Origin: Thermoplasmata archaeon
Lineage (GTDB): Archaea; Thermoplasmatota; Thermoplasmata; RBG-16-68-12; JAGMCJ01
Length of the DNA stretch: 64,000 bases
Direction of reading: 5' to 3'
Assembly (NCBI GenBank): GCA_046761045.1
Contig: JBHIFJ010000005.1
Location: 2,361-66,360, forward strand
In this document: positions 48,228 to 60,100 of the stretch, piece by piece
How positions within the stretch are numbered: the stretch's first letter is position 1
How the letters are laid out: every line of letters starts with the position of its first letter
The notes under the pieces: generated by a model
Database searches by the model: none
What the model was told of the DNA's origin: nothing
What the model saw: only the letters and a program-made list of their open reading frames with translations
Made by a program: the position numbers and the translations under genes

Positions 48228-48617
48228 CTGCTATCCCTTGGGCTTGTGGAAGCGACACGCAGAGGGACTGAATGAGTGGCTCGAGAAGCTGGAAGGACCT
48301 TGGCAGGCTGCTTGCCGTGACCTTGGCAGTGGGGACACTCCTGGTCGACGTCGCGTATTGGGCGGCGGCGGTCGATATCTCTCCGAGCGGTTCCTGCGAT
48401 AATTGGCCCTGTTCGCCTGCCGGTCGATATCTCCCTTGGCCATGGAAGCCCGAGGTGTGCGCACCCGTAGTCACGCCGATGGATGCGGTCGACAGTGCCA
48501 TCTGCCAGCTCGCCAAGACAGGTTTGATTGTTCCTCTGATAGCTGGCGATGTCGCACTTCTCGCATGGATTGGGCATAGGCTGGGGAGGATTGTTGAACC
48601 CAAACGAAAGCGGGATC

Positions 48618-49268
48618 ATGATTGAGAACACAGACCTGATTGATTCTAGTGTGGGAGGAGTCGATCCCGTGAGAATAGGCGGCCTGAGCGGGATTCTCGC
48701 GGGGATTTGCTTCATCGTTGGATACAGCATTGCGTGGGCAATGAGCCCGTGGTACGTGTTCGGCGGGCACTACCTGAGCGATCTCGGCGTGGGCGAGGGA
48801 GCGCTTGCCTTCAACATGGGTGCGATTTCTGCCGGACTAATCTTGATTCCATTCGCGTGGGGGCTCTGGAGCGTTCTGCGGACCCACGTCCTGGGAGAGC
48901 TAGGCAGCCTGGCATGCGCGGTGGCGGGCATATTCCTCTTCCTCGTGGGCGTCTTCCCGGAGCATGCGGAACCCGAGGGTATACACTATGCGGTCAGCGT
49001 CTCCTTCTTCTCCTTCATCATGGCAGCGCTGATGCTTCTGATCTGGCCGCTGAGCAGATCTCCTCCCTTCAGTCGTTTGGCAGCACCGCTCACTCTCATC
49101 GTTGTCATTCTCTCAGCCGCGGTGGCGGTCACGTTCAAGGAGGGTCCTCTGATAGAAACCATCGCCGTTCTTCAGATCATCGTCTGGGGATTCGTTGTCT
49201 CCCTTCAGATGGTAATCTCCACCCGTTCGGAGAGGGCCGCAGAGCAGTCACTCGAAGAGCTTGGCTGA
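48618..49268 (+). CDS. Hypothetical multi-pass membrane protein.
   Basis: Several long hydrophobic helices. The ORF is open from 48549 and the start may be MIENTDL (48618). Confidence 0.45.
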   Translation: MIENTDLIDSSVGGVDPVRIGGLSGILAGICFIVGYSIAWAMSPWYVFGGHYLSDLGVGEGALAFNMGAISAGLILIPFAWGLWSVLRTHVLGELGSLACAVAGIFLFLVGVFPEHAEPEGIHYAVSVSFFSFIMAALMLLIWPLSRSPPFSRLAAPLTLIVVILSAAVAVTFKEGPLIETIAVLQIIVWGFVVSLQMVISTRSERAAEQSLEELG

Positions 49269-50117
49269 GCTCCTGTCGAGCGGCACGCCCATGCTCTCCG
49301 CCACGGGCCTGCACTTCGCATGGACCAGATAGGCAATTGGCCTGTAGTCTTGGTCGGAGAAGGACTCCCAGTTCGCCATTCCCTTGCAGATCGTCAAGCC
49401 CGCCTGGTCCAACTTCCGCCTGAGTGCGTCATCCAGCCGGTTGAAGTCCACGCCCACCGCAAACGCATTCGTCGTCAGGACCTCATCGGCCAGCTCGTCC
49501 ATGCCGAACTCCAGGGCGTCTTCCAGGGTCGCATCCGTCAGTATGGGCCTCCCTCGAACCACATATGTCACGTTCCCGCCGAACTTCTTCAATTCCCTGA
49601 CGAGCAGCCGGTCAAAGACTATCTCGCCAGCGTTGTCTCCAAATATCAGGACCTCATCGGCTTCGGCCAGGATCTCCTTGATTCGCGGAGTATCGTCATG
49701 TCCCAATCCATCCGTGTAGATTTTCTCAAAAATGGGTTCGAGGCCTTCGGGCCCGCTTATCCGCGTCCTAATCCCGAAGTCCAGGACGTTCCCGGCAATG
49801 GAGCACGTCACGGCCGCCCTGAAGGGGTCATCGGATCCGCGGACAAGCTCCTCCGCACGAGGATAGAGCCTCTGCGCGACCTCGTTGCTCTTCTTCTTCA
49901 CCTCCTTGTACGGGTCGTCGGTGCCAAGCAGGTCGTATACCACCCGATGGACCTTGGTTGCCACCTCCGCCGAGTTGGCGTTCTCGCCGAACTCGAGTAG
50001 GAGAGCATCCGCCGCGGCCTTCATCGCGTCGTAGCCCAGCTCAGGGTTGACGAGATTGGTCTCATACAGCGAACGACGAAGAAGACAAGGAAAGCACTCT
50101 GGCCGAATCTTCATCAT
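49248..50117 (-). CDS. DUF89 / ARMT1-like metal-dependent phosphatase family protein.
   Basis: ECFPC, FGDNAGEIVFD and KGMANWE motifs are characteristic of DUF89. Confidence 0.65.
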   Translation of the reverse strand: MMKIRPECFPCLLRRSLYETNLVNPELGYDAMKAAADALLLEFGENANSAEVATKVHRVVYDLLGTDDPYKEVKKKSNEVAQRLYPRAEELVRGSDDPFRAAVTCSIAGNVLDFGIRTRISGPEGLEPIFEKIYTDGLGHDDTPRIKEILAEADEVLIFGDNAGEIVFDRLLVRELKKFGGNVTYVVRGRPILTDATLEDALEFGMDELADEVLTTNAFAVGVDFNRLDDALRRKLDQAGLTICKGMANWESFSDQDYRPIAYLVHAKCRPVAESMGVPLDRSSAKLFE

Positions 50118-50156
50118 CTGCGATAAGACAGAAAACTCATATAAGGCTGTGCCCGG

Positions 50157-51251
50157 CTACTTCATCAGACCCAGCTGGCTCAGCTTTTCCGGCAAGTACG
50201 TGTCCGTCGCGAAATCCAGTCCGTACTTGGCCAGCGCCTGCTGTTCGGCCTTCTTCTTGATCTTCAGCATCAGCTCGATCTCGTCCTTCCAGAACCTGTC
50301 CTTGAACCTCGGATCGGTGAGCTCCGACTCAAGGGCCTTGATGTCCTGCCCGCTCAGCTTGTCGGTGGGAAGCTCATAGTTAAGAATGTCCGAGGCGGTT
50401 ATCCCCAAGTAGACTGCGGTTGGCGTTGCCAGGTACTCAGAGATGTGCGCCGTCTTGATCGCACCGTAGGCAACGGACGCGAATATCCTGAAGGACCACG
50501 GATCGCCGTCGGTGAAGACGATGATCGGCACGTTCATCTCCTCGTTCAGCCGCTTCATGAACCTGCGCGTCGAGCGGGCCGGCTGTCCCTTGAGATGTAT
50601 CAGAAGACATCTTGAGGACTCATCGAACCCGTTCTCGACGAGCCTGTCGAACATACCGCCCGTCTCGATGGCAATGGCGAAGTCCACATCGGAATCGATG
50701 AAGCGTATCTTGTCCTCCTCGACATTGTAGGGGATCCCATAACCGGAGTCACCCACGTCATCGCGGCAGTTGATTCTCTTCCTCTCCCCCCTCCTGTTCG
50801 TCTCCTCGATGGTGAGGTTCCCCATGACTCTGGCACCGTCCTCCTCGGGCCTCAGCTTGAAGTCCTCGCGCATGCATCCCGTGATTATCTCCATATCTTC
50901 CGCCAAGAGATTGGACTCGTTCTGCGATCCGAACTTCGCGAGTCCCCAGCCCTCCGATATGTAGTACATCTCCCTGAGCGTCGAGGACTTGTTCTGCTCT
51001 ATCATCTCTCGAATGAAGTCCAGCATGTACATCGTTCGGAGGAGCATATAGGCCCCGCGCAGCTTCTTTGCGGTTCTCGCCCCCTTCGCACTGCCGTACT
51101 TCCACACGCCCTTCCTGGGCATGAAGCTGATGTTGGTCTTCGTCCTGAGCGGGATGCTCATCTTGGGTATGTCACCAGACTCGAGCTGGCTGTATATGCT
51201 CTCGGCGATGCTGTAGAGCTCCTCAATAGGCTTCTGATTCCTGTTTTCCAT
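50157..51251 (-). CDS. top6A: DNA topoisomerase VI subunit A (Spo11 homologue).
   Basis: Toprim segment [15 protein letters not shown] and the winged-helix/5Y-CAP region. The start was set at MENRNQ (ATG 51251), overlapping the top6B stop by ~29 nt. Confidence 0.85.
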   Translation of the reverse strand: MENRNQKPIEELYSIAESIYSQLESGDIPKMSIPLRTKTNISFMPRKGVWKYGSAKGARTAKKLRGAYMLLRTMYMLDFIREMIEQNKSSTLREMYYISEGWGLAKFGSQNESNLLAEDMEIITGCMREDFKLRPEEDGARVMGNLTIEETNRRGERKRINCRDDVGDSGYGIPYNVEEDKIRFIDSDVDFAIAIETGGMFDRLVENGFDESSRCLLIHLKGQPARSTRRFMKRLNEEMNVPIIVFTDGDPWSFRIFASVAYGAIKTAHISEYLATPTAVYLGITASDILNYELPTDKLSGQDIKALESELTDPRFKDRFWKDEIELMLKIKKKAEQQALAKYGLDFATDTYLPEKLSQLGLMK

Positions 51252-53244
51252 ACGAGTCCTCCTCGAGTTCTTCAACGACCTCCTCGATCTCATCGTAGTC
51301 AACCTCATCCTCGGCCGCCACTTCCTCAACGTCAAGTCTCTTGAACTCCCTCACCTCGATGTCCCAGTCACCGGGGAGCGCTTCGGCCCCTATGACGTAC
51401 TGCGGGTTGATTCCGCTCACGTAGAGCTCGGTCTCGTCGTAGTCGTCTTGATCGAGGCCCGAGAGTGTGAAGGAAACCTCCTGCTTCTTGGATGAGGGGA
51501 TCCTCTTCAGCGTCCAGGTCACCTTCCCGTTGTCCTTCACCTCATTGGGTTTGGGAGTCATGGAGCTGGTATCAAGGTTCCCGTTTGGAATGACCGCGTG
51601 AAGTGTGAGCTTCTTTGCCGTGGGCGTATAGTTGTACACGTCGATCGTCACCCTGTGTCCCCGCTTCGAGTACTCGACGTGCTCATCTATCCATATCACG
51701 TCCATTATCTTCGTGATGGTCCTATCTAGACTCGGAACCTTCTTGTGTATTATGCCCGCGCTCTTCACCGCGATCTCGGGGAGAATCTTCTGCACGATCT
51801 CGAACTTCTCCTGCGTCTTCGCCCTCTTCTTTTTCTTGTTCAGGTGCGTTCTCAGCCTCCTTCCGCATGCCATCAGCCCCCGCTTGATCTCCTCCGTTAT
51901 CGCGGGGATGTTGGCGACCGCATCCTTGGCCTCCGATGTGAAGGGCACTTTCGTCGAGGCGAGATGAACGAGTATGATCGCGGGACCGAATGGCAGGCCA
52001 CGTCCGCCGCGTTGCTCCAGGCCGTATCTCCTCCAGTCCACCTGCTCCAATCCGGCAGTGAGGGCACATCCGCCCTGCTGATACAGGAGCGGCACCCTGT
52101 TGGCGTATCTGAGGACCTCCACGGGTTGGTCGGCCGGAAGGTCGCCTCCATATACGATGCCGACCTCGACGACAAAGGGGTTGCCAGCAAAGACGGAAGG
52201 TTCCCTCGTGACGGGCGGGCAGTAGAATTCGGGCTTCATGTCTCCGAGCACGTTCTTCAGCCCCTTCCGGATCAGTCTCTCCCCGATCGGAGACAGGCAG
52301 TCCGTGGGCGGCGACATTATCTTGACTTTCTTTATCGCCCCGATGATGGCTCGGCCTTGCTCCAGCGAGAGTTTCTTCGGCCTGAGGTCCTCAGGGACTT
52401 CCGCCTTCCGGCATATCTCCCTTGCCACCCTGTAGCTGATCCGCTCGAACTCCGTCTTCAGGAAGGAGACCATCTTGATGCTCTTCGTGTACTTTGCCAT
52501 CTTCATCAGCATTCCGAGCTCCATTCCGTACGGATGTGGTTTGATCTCCTTGGTGAGTTCAGGCAGCTCCTCCGTGGCGCGATCGAAGACGACATCGTCA
52601 CCGTTCGGAGACCTGAACTCGATCCTCGCGTGGGGGTTCACAATCGCGGTCGCTCTGAGATACTCGTAGACGGACTGCTTTCCGGTGACGTATCTACCGC
52701 GAACCACTGCCTCGAACCTGGTCCCGTGCGGCTTGTCCCAGACAACGAAATCGTCCCTGACCTTCAGCGGTCGATTCTTCTTCGTGTCAAGCATCAGCTC
52801 GACCTCGTACGCAACATCCTTCTCCTTCACCTTCGTCCTTATCTTCGCGGGCCTTCCAGTTGTGAGCTGTGCGTACATCACGACCGCGGAGATCCCGATA
52901 CCCTGAGCACCCCTTGCCTGTCTCAGACTGTGGAACCTCGACCCGTAGAGCAGCTTTCCGAATATCTTCGGAACCACGCGCTTGACAATGCCTGGTCCGT
53001 TGTCCTCGATTATCACCCTGTACTCGTTCCGCGAGATCCTCTCCAACTCGACGCAGATATCCGGAAGAATACCCGCCTCCTCGGCAGCGTCGAGGCTGTT
53101 CTCCACTCCCTCCTTGACCGACGTGATGAGGGCCCTCGTCAGCGAGTCGAAGCCGAGTATGTGCTTGTTCCTCTCGAAGAACTCGGAGACTGAGATCTCT
53201 CTCTGCTTTTGAGCCAGCCTTTCGGCTATGGATTTGACCGCCAA
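51223..53244 (-). CDS. top6B: DNA topoisomerase VI subunit B (GHKL ATPase).
   Basis: Bergerat-fold motifs ENSLDA...EDNGPGI...GxxGxG-like... Confidence 0.85.
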   Translation of the reverse strand: MAVKSIAERLAQKQREISVSEFFERNKHILGFDSLTRALITSVKEGVENSLDAAEEAGILPDICVELERISRNEYRVIIEDNGPGIVKRVVPKIFGKLLYGSRFHSLRQARGAQGIGISAVVMYAQLTTGRPAKIRTKVKEKDVAYEVELMLDTKKNRPLKVRDDFVVWDKPHGTRFEAVVRGRYVTGKQSVYEYLRATAIVNPHARIEFRSPNGDDVVFDRATEELPELTKEIKPHPYGMELGMLMKMAKYTKSIKMVSFLKTEFERISYRVAREICRKAEVPEDLRPKKLSLEQGRAIIGAIKKVKIMSPPTDCLSPIGERLIRKGLKNVLGDMKPEFYCPPVTREPSVFAGNPFVVEVGIVYGGDLPADQPVEVLRYANRVPLLYQQGGCALTAGLEQVDWRRYGLEQRGGRGLPFGPAIILVHLASTKVPFTSEAKDAVANIPAITEEIKRGLMACGRRLRTHLNKKKKRAKTQEKFEIVQKILPEIAVKSAGIIHKKVPSLDRTITKIMDVIWIDEHVEYSKRGHRVTIDVYNYTPTAKKLTLHAVIPNGNLDTSSMTPKPNEVKDNGKVTWTLKRIPSSKKQEVSFTLSGLDQDDYDETELYVSGINPQYVIGAEALPGDWDIEVREFKRLDVEEVAAEDEVDYDEIEEVVEELEEDSYGKQESEAY

Positions 53245-53541
53245 GCTATCAGCACTCCTGGATGCATCCCATCCATTTGATCGTTATCCATATCGTGACT
53301 GAAATATTTAAGCTTTGATGACTGGACAAGGGTCGCCTCCGACAGAAAAAAGGAAGTGAAGAATGTCCCCCAATCGGTGGAGAGCTTCCTTCGCTCGGAT
53401 GCCTCCGCGCTCCTCTTCACTTTGGCATTTGCCATTTGGGAAACCGCTCTGCACTCCTTGGCGGCAAAGTAGCAATGTGGGGGGATCATGACTTCAAGCA
53501 ACAGAGTAGGGCAATCTGTATTCGGTAGGATGCGATGGTGT

Positions 53542-54486
53542 TCATTCCACCGGCTCGGGTTCCGTCTCCTCCTCCTCGAAGATCGCACCGCAGTGCGGGC
53601 ACCGGAGCGCATCCTCGTGTACCGGCCGTCCACAATTCGTGCACTCGAACTCCGGGATTTCGGCTTCGACGGGCTCAAGCTCTCCCGCCTGACGCAGCCT
53701 ATCATCCCACTTTGCGCGCTCGATCCGTGACTTGCCGATCCACCAGTACGCCATCACGAATATCATGAAGAGGATGCTCGTGAAGAACATGTACATGAGC
53801 GCGGCCTGAAAGTACATCCAAAAGACCGTCGGGAAGTCGGCATTGATCGGTCCCAAGGCCTTGAGATAGGCGCTGGAAAGCTCGTCATAGAAGAGCGTAG
53901 TGTACCACGTTCCGTCTATGTCCGCCGCGAAGTGGAAGAAATGAACGCCCTTGGGGAGTTGAATCGTGACGTGGTACTCCTTCCCATCACTCAGATTCGT
54001 GTCTAGACTGTCGCTCGCATTCATCGGATGGTACTCATCGCTGTGGGGCTTGTACTCCTGGAGCTCGGAGATGTTGACCCAGACTTGGACGAGGTTCACG
54101 TCGGTGACATTGGATGTAATCCAGACGGTGAAATTGAATTGCGTGTCCGCACCGCCGACGGTCGGCGTTATGGTTCCCTGCGTGATCGTATGCTCGTCGG
54201 CGCTCATCTGCTCAGGCGTCTGATAGCCTCTGATATAATCCGCGTTCAGGAGCCCCAACGCGACCGAGTTGACGAGCACGACGATGATGCCAAGGAGGAT
54301 GAAATACCTGAATCTCTTCTCCCCCATGTAGAAGGGGATGGCGAACATGGCGACCGGTATGAGTATCGTCGCCAGGCAGGTGTTCAGGTACACGAGCCCC
54401 ATGCATATGAGGATGACGAGAACGATGTAGGTGGGCACGACTAGCTTTGATTTCTTGAACTTCTCGAAGGACTCTTGGAATCCCAT
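53542..54486 (-). CDS. Membrane protein with an extracytoplasmic domain and a C-terminal Zn ribbon.
   Basis: Five or more hydrophobic helices. C-terminus ECTNCGRPVHEDALRCPHCGAIF followed by an acidic tail. Confidence 0.5.
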   Translation of the reverse strand: MGFQESFEKFKKSKLVVPTYIVLVILICMGLVYLNTCLATILIPVAMFAIPFYMGEKRFRYFILLGIIVVLVNSVALGLLNADYIRGYQTPEQMSADEHTITQGTITPTVGGADTQFNFTVWITSNVTDVNLVQVWVNISELQEYKPHSDEYHPMNASDSLDTNLSDGKEYHVTIQLPKGVHFFHFAADIDGTWYTTLFYDELSSAYLKALGPINADFPTVFWMYFQAALMYMFFTSILFMIFVMAYWWIGKSRIERAKWDDRLRQAGELEPVEAEIPEFECTNCGRPVHEDALRCPHCGAIFEEEETEPEPVE

Positions 54487-54576
54487 TCGCGGTGTTAAGA
54501 ATCTAATGCATATATAACGTTGCTGAAAGCTTTATATGATAGTGAGACAATGGTTCAAGTTCCTTGGTGAAGTCAC

Positions 54577-55521
54577 TTGCCCAGAATAGTAGTCGCAGTG
54601 GGAGGTAATGCGCTCCTGCCCGCGGGGAACAATGCGGTCGAGGAGCAGGAGGACAATGTGCAGAAGATAACTCCGCGCATAGTCACCCTCGCCAAGTTGG
54701 GATACGACGTCATAATCACGCATGGGAACGGCCCGCAAGTGGGGAACATCCTGCTCCAGAACGAGGAGGCCAGGGAGAAGGTTCCCGCCAACCCCATGGA
54801 CATCTGTGTGGCCGAGTCGCAGGGGCAGATTGGATACGTGCTGCAGCAGAGCATCACGAACGAGCTGGTGAAGGAGAACGAGATCAGACCTGTCTTTGCC
54901 CTCGTGTCCGAGGTTGTTGTCGACCCCGAGGATGAGGCCTTCAGCAATCCCACGAAGCCCATTGGACCCTACTACAGGAAGCGCAGGGCAGCGCACCTGG
55001 TGAAGAGGAAGGGATGGGTAATGGAGGAGGACAAGATGCGCGGCGGGTTCCGCCGTCTGGTGCCCTCACCACTGCCTCTCAAGGTGCTCGAGCTGGAAGG
55101 GATAAGGGAGTTCCTCAGGATGAAGCCCAGGGGGAAGGTCATAATCGCGGGCGGCGGCGGAGGGATCCCCGTCATCAAGAAAGGAAAGAGATACGTTGGC
55201 GTGGACGCCGTGATAGACAAGGATTGCACGGCAAGTCTGCTGGCCAGGGAGCTCATGGCGGAGACGCTGGTCCTCATTACGGACGTGGACAAGGTCTCCT
55301 TGAATTGGGGAACAAAGAAGCAGGTGGATATAGACTCGATGACCCTCGCTGATGCCAAGCGGTACCACGACGAGGGTCATTTCCCGCCAGGGAGCATGGG
55401 CCCCAAGATTGGCGCGGCAATCGAGTTTCTCGAAGCGGGCGGGAAGAGGGCAATCGTGTGCTCCTTGAACGGCTTCCCGGAGGCACTGGAAGGTCGCGCG
55501 GGGACGACGATAACGCCCTGA
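54577..55521 (+). CDS. arcC: Carbamate kinase.
   Basis: MPRIVVAVGGNALL...ITHGNGPQVG... Confidence 0.85.
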   Translation: MPRIVVAVGGNALLPAGNNAVEEQEDNVQKITPRIVTLAKLGYDVIITHGNGPQVGNILLQNEEAREKVPANPMDICVAESQGQIGYVLQQSITNELVKENEIRPVFALVSEVVVDPEDEAFSNPTKPIGPYYRKRRAAHLVKRKGWVMEEDKMRGGFRRLVPSPLPLKVLELEGIREFLRMKPRGKVIIAGGGGGIPVIKKGKRYVGVDAVIDKDCTASLLARELMAETLVLITDVDKVSLNWGTKKQVDIDSMTLADAKRYHDEGHFPPGSMGPKIGAAIEFLEAGGKRAIVCSLNGFPEALEGRAGTTITP

Positions 55522-55559
55522 GAGGAAACCATTTTGAGCCGTGAGGAGGTTCTCCATTC

Positions 55560-56657
55560 GTGGGAAAGATCGAGGATCAAATAAGGGAGCTCGAGGACGA
55601 GATTCACCGGACCCCCCTTAACAAGGCGACGGAACATCATATAGGCAAGTTGAAGGCCAGGCTGGCCAAGCTCAGGGAGAAGCTGGAAAGGGGACCCGGG
55701 ACAGGCGCAGCCAGAGGATACGGAATCAGGAAATCCGGGAACGCGACCGTGGGCATCGTCGGCCTTCCGAACGTGGGAAAGAGCACTCTTCTCAATCGGC
55801 TCACGGACGCCGAGAGCGAGGTCGGGGACTACGACTTCACGACGCTCAACGTCATTCCAGGAGTGATGCACTACAGGGGCGCCAAGTTTCAGTTGTTCGA
55901 TATGCCTGGCCTCATCGATGGAGCCGCCCACGGTCGAGGAAGGGGACGCGAGGTCCTCTCCGTCGCCAGGTCGTCTGATCTGATCCTCTTGACCGTGGAC
56001 GTGGGCGAATGGGACGTAGACCTGCTCGTCAACGAGCTTGAGGCGGGGGGGATAAGGCTCAATCAGACACCACCGGAGGTCTCGATCAAGTTCAAGGACA
56101 GGGGCGGCCTCACGATAAGCTCGACGAAGAAGCTCACGCACCTGGAGGAGGGCGTGATAGAGGGGATGCTCCGTGAATGGGGATACGTCAACGCGGATGT
56201 CATTGTGAAGGAGGACATAACCGAATCCAGGTTGATTGACTTCCTGGCGGGGAACAAGGCCTACATGCCCGCCTTCGTGGTCCTCAACAAGGTCGACCTC
56301 GCCTCCGGAAAGGAGATGGACCTCATCATGCGGAGATTGAAGGGTTGGAAGGTCGTCCCCATCTCCGCGCTCAATGGTGAGGGGCTGGACGAATTGAGAG
56401 AGGCGATCTTCAGCGAGCTCGAGTTCATGCGCATATACATGAAGCCGCAGGGTGGGGAGGTGGATTACTCCGAGCCGCTCGTCGTGAAGCATGGCTCCAC
56501 TGTGGGGATGGTGTGCGATGCGATCCACCGCGACTTTAGAGGGAAGTTCAGGTACGCGTGCGTGTGGGGGGATAGCGCGAAGTTCCCTGGGCAAACAGTC
56601 GGGCTAGGCCACGTGCTCAGGGACAAGGATGTATTGACTATCGTGGTCCAGAGGTGA
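55560..56657 (+). CDS. DRG/Obg-family GTPase with a C-terminal TGS domain.
   Basis: G1 GLPNVGKST, DxxG FDMPGL, and a TGS-like C-terminus (...YACVWGDSAKFPGQTVGLGHVLRDKDVLTIV). Confidence 0.8.
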   Translation: MGKIEDQIRELEDEIHRTPLNKATEHHIGKLKARLAKLREKLERGPGTGAARGYGIRKSGNATVGIVGLPNVGKSTLLNRLTDAESEVGDYDFTTLNVIPGVMHYRGAKFQLFDMPGLIDGAAHGRGRGREVLSVARSSDLILLTVDVGEWDVDLLVNELEAGGIRLNQTPPEVSIKFKDRGGLTISSTKKLTHLEEGVIEGMLREWGYVNADVIVKEDITESRLIDFLAGNKAYMPAFVVLNKVDLASGKEMDLIMRRLKGWKVVPISALNGEGLDELREAIFSELEFMRIYMKPQGGEVDYSEPLVVKHGSTVGMVCDAIHRDFRGKFRYACVWGDSAKFPGQTVGLGHVLRDKDVLTIVVQR

Positions 56658-56658
56658 G

Positions 56659-56859
56659 CTATCTCATCGATTCCTCGAGAGCGGTCACCCTGCCTTCAAG
56701 GCCTTCCATTCTCTTCCTCAGGTCCTGAATCGCCTTCTTCATGCTGTCGAGCTCGTCCTTCATGTCTGCCCACAGCGGCGAAGGGGGCTCGCCCAGCGTG
56801 GGTGGCTTCTGCGGTTCAGGTGGTTCAGGTATCTCTCCATGGGGTCTTTCCGGTATCAT
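56659..56859 (-). CDS. Small coiled-coil protein (hypothetical).
   Basis: 66 aa with a Pro-rich N-terminus followed by a heptad-like KKAIQDLRKRMEGLEGRVTALEESM. It is convergent with the GTPase gene. Support is weak. Confidence 0.25.
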   Translation of the reverse strand: MIPERPHGEIPEPPEPQKPPTLGEPPSPLWADMKDELDSMKKAIQDLRKRMEGLEGRVTALEESMR

Positions 56860-57107
56860 TTCATCAGAGATTCCGTGCTACTGGAATAATAAGGTTTGCA
56901 TGCGCATGCCGTGTTGGATGATTCCCAGATACCGCTCTCGACCGAGCGGACCGAAACCTTTTTCTGGAGCAAAGCGGATAGAAGGGAAGTCCCTTAGTGG
57001 ATTTCTCGGAACCTGGAGGGATCGTGGTCACGCGAGGGAGGTGGAGATTGATGATTGGAATCCCAGATGTGTTGAGCGGAAGGCATAGTGGAATTTTGCG
57101 CCTGCGA

Positions 57108-60100
57108 ATGTGGAAGATCGCTCCTGTGACCGTCGTTCTGGCTCTCGTCTCAGTCTCTTTTGGGACCTTTGCATGGTTCGACGACGTGGAGAGCGGCGTG
57201 AACGGCTGGACTCACTACTGGATCAGTGGGACATCGATACCAGACGACTGGAGCATCTCTTCTGTCAGATGGCACAGTGCGAGCAACAGCTGGTACAGCG
57301 GAGGAGAGGTGGCAAACTGGGTGAACGGCGGAGACACGGCTCTGCAGAGCCCCACCATAGACCTCACCAACGCGACTGCGTCCTACCTCAATTTCTGGCA
57401 CTGGTATGACTTCGACTATTCGACGGGCTTCTATCCTGATGGAGGGATAGTTGAAATCGATGCCGGATCAGGCTGGCAGCAGATATTCCCGGTAGGGGGA
57501 TATCCGTACGTGATCGATACGGGTTACGACAACCCGCTCGAAGGCCGTCAGGCCTTCGCGGGACCCCAGTCGTTCTGGGAGTACGAGACCTTCGACATCT
57601 CTGCCTACGTTGGTGGCGTCGTTTCGATTCGCTTCCATGTGGGCTGGGACTACGGCACTCTTGGCCTGAAGGAGGGATGGTATATTGATGACATCGAGAT
57701 CACAAACGCCACTCTTCCCCAGCACGACATAGGCGTCAGTGCTCCGGGTGTCCCAGGCAGGGTCGATCCAAACACGAACGTCACGGTTGGCGGCACAGTC
57801 AGAAACAATGGCATATCCGATGAGACGAACGTCACGGTGAATCTGACCGTCGACGGCGCCCTCGTGGATAATACGACAATCGGATTCCTGCAGAACGGAA
57901 CAGCGGCGGCTGTGACGATGTATTGGACGCCCGTAATAGAGAAGACCTATAATGTGTGCCTGGAGGCAACACCGGTTCCTGGAGAGACCTCACTGACCAA
58001 CAACAAGAACTGTGTCGACGTCGATGTCAGCTCCATAAAAGGTTCGGTCCTCATTGATCAGACGCACGGAACGGACAATGCCTCTGCCTACAGCATCCTG
58101 ATAGCGGATCTCATCGCAGAGGGTTACGAGTTACACTATCAATTCACGACCCCAATAACACCTGCCGACCTCTCTGGCCACGACGTCCTGATGATTCCCC
58201 AGCCCTTCCAGTCCTACTCGGCCTCGGAGCTGTCCGCGATTCAGGCGTTCGTCTCTTCGGGAAGCGGCCTCCTCGTGCTCGGTGATGATGATCCTCCCGT
58301 TTTCACGGACCTCACCTCGTTTTCCGGAATCTCCTGGATCAGCGGAGGCACGAGCGGCACAACGACCTCGATAACGCCGCACCAGATCACGACAGGCATC
58401 ACCATGATAGACCTGTCCAGTCCTCTGTGCGAGATGGTCATATCTGGATCGGCAATCAGCCTGATCAGGGATTCGGGCGGAGGACACGCCCTTGCCGTAT
58501 CCACGTCTCCCGGAAGAGTCGCGGGTTTCTCGGATGAGAGTTCCCTCATGGACTTCGGAATCACCTCGGCAGACAATGAGCAGCTGGCGCTTAACGTAAT
58601 AGAGTGGTTGCTTGGTGTGACCTATGACCACGATGTGGCCGTCACCAACTTCAATGCTCCGGGGTTCGTAAACCCGGGAGTGAGTTTCTATGTCAATGCA
58701 ACCATCAAGAATCTGGGATTGAACAACGAGACCAACCTGACCGTGGAATTCAATGTGAACTCCGTGCTGGAGGACAATATCTCCATCCCTCTCCTGGCTT
58801 CCGGCGCCTCGCAGGACGTGAGCTTCACTTACGTGACGACGATCGAGGGTTTCTATGAGGTCGAGATATTCGTTCAGCCCGTGCCCTCCGAGAATTTCAC
58901 GGGCAACAACTGGGTCAAGCAGACGGTCTTCGTTGGCTACGCGACCATCGTGGGAATCTATGACCATGGTTTGACGGGCGACATATCATACTTCTTCGGT
59001 GGCAATTCGAACCTCTACTCGACCTTCCAGGCGATCCTCGATACCGATCCTTTGAACAGGTTTCAGACCACGGTAATCACAGATCTCTCTTCGTCCACTC
59101 TGTCCTCCATTGATGTCCTTCTGCTTCCGGACAACGCTGTTCCAGACGTCTATCTCACCGATGTCGCGAGCTTCTTCAACAATCGAAAGGGAATAGTGGC
59201 TGTGGACAGCGCGGTCTGCTACCTGGCCTATTCTGGCCTCCTCTGGTCCGGAGCTGCTGGGACGAACGGATACGGGGTCTATTGGGACTACAACAGCTGG
59301 TTCAATGACCAGAAAATCCTGATGGGTCACGAGATAACGGCCGACTACATCGTGGGAAACGTGTACAGTTCGGAAAGCGGGGAGGCTAGCTTGTATCTGA
59401 GCATGCTGCCAGGAGATGCGTTGGCCTTGACCGGAAGTCAAGTCTCTTCGACCTATGCCTACACTGTTGCCCGCGAGGAATTCGGCAGCGGCAGGATAGT
59501 TGAACTCGGTCCATTCGCCGACTTCACCTTGCCCACGGACCTCTACGAGATGGTGAGGGACGCCGTACAATGGACAGCTGGTGCGATTCCGGTGGACCAC
59601 GATATTGCCGTCTCCTACTTCCAGCTCCCGCCGCACATTCAACCGAACGACAACGTGACGATTGATGTGGACATAAAGAATGCTGGATTGAACAACGAGA
59701 CCAACATCGAGGTGAATTTCACCATCGACGGAGTGCTAGCGGACCAGAAGTACATATCCTTCATGTCCCCCGGTCAAGTGGACTCGCTGACGTTCTTCTG
59801 GGTTCCCACGGTGGAGAAGACCTATGATGTCTGCGTGCAGGTGTCACCGATACCAGATGAGAACATAACCGTGAACAACCAGGTCTGCAAGTCCGTCAAT
59901 GTCAGGAAGGTCCTGGCATTTCTGTTGTTCGACCAGACCCACGGTTGCATATCAATGTCCTCCTATGCGTCTCTGAGAGGGGTCCTGACCTCGCTCGGAT
60001 ACGTTGTGGACACCCTCTTCGCTACGCCCCTCACCGCCACTGACCTCTCAGGGTACGATGTCTTCATCCTGCCAGAACCCGACTTCTCATACTCTTTCTC

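Noticed and set aside
51745-53193. 482 aa plus-strand ORF.
   Set aside because: It is antisense to topoisomerase VI subunit B, which has clear GHKL motifs.
53226-53705. 159 aa Arg-rich minus-strand ORF in the top6B upstream region.
   Set aside because: It lies in the AT-richer intergenic or promoter region and its composition (RRRRRNPSR) is not protein-like. It also overlaps the start of the membrane-protein gene.
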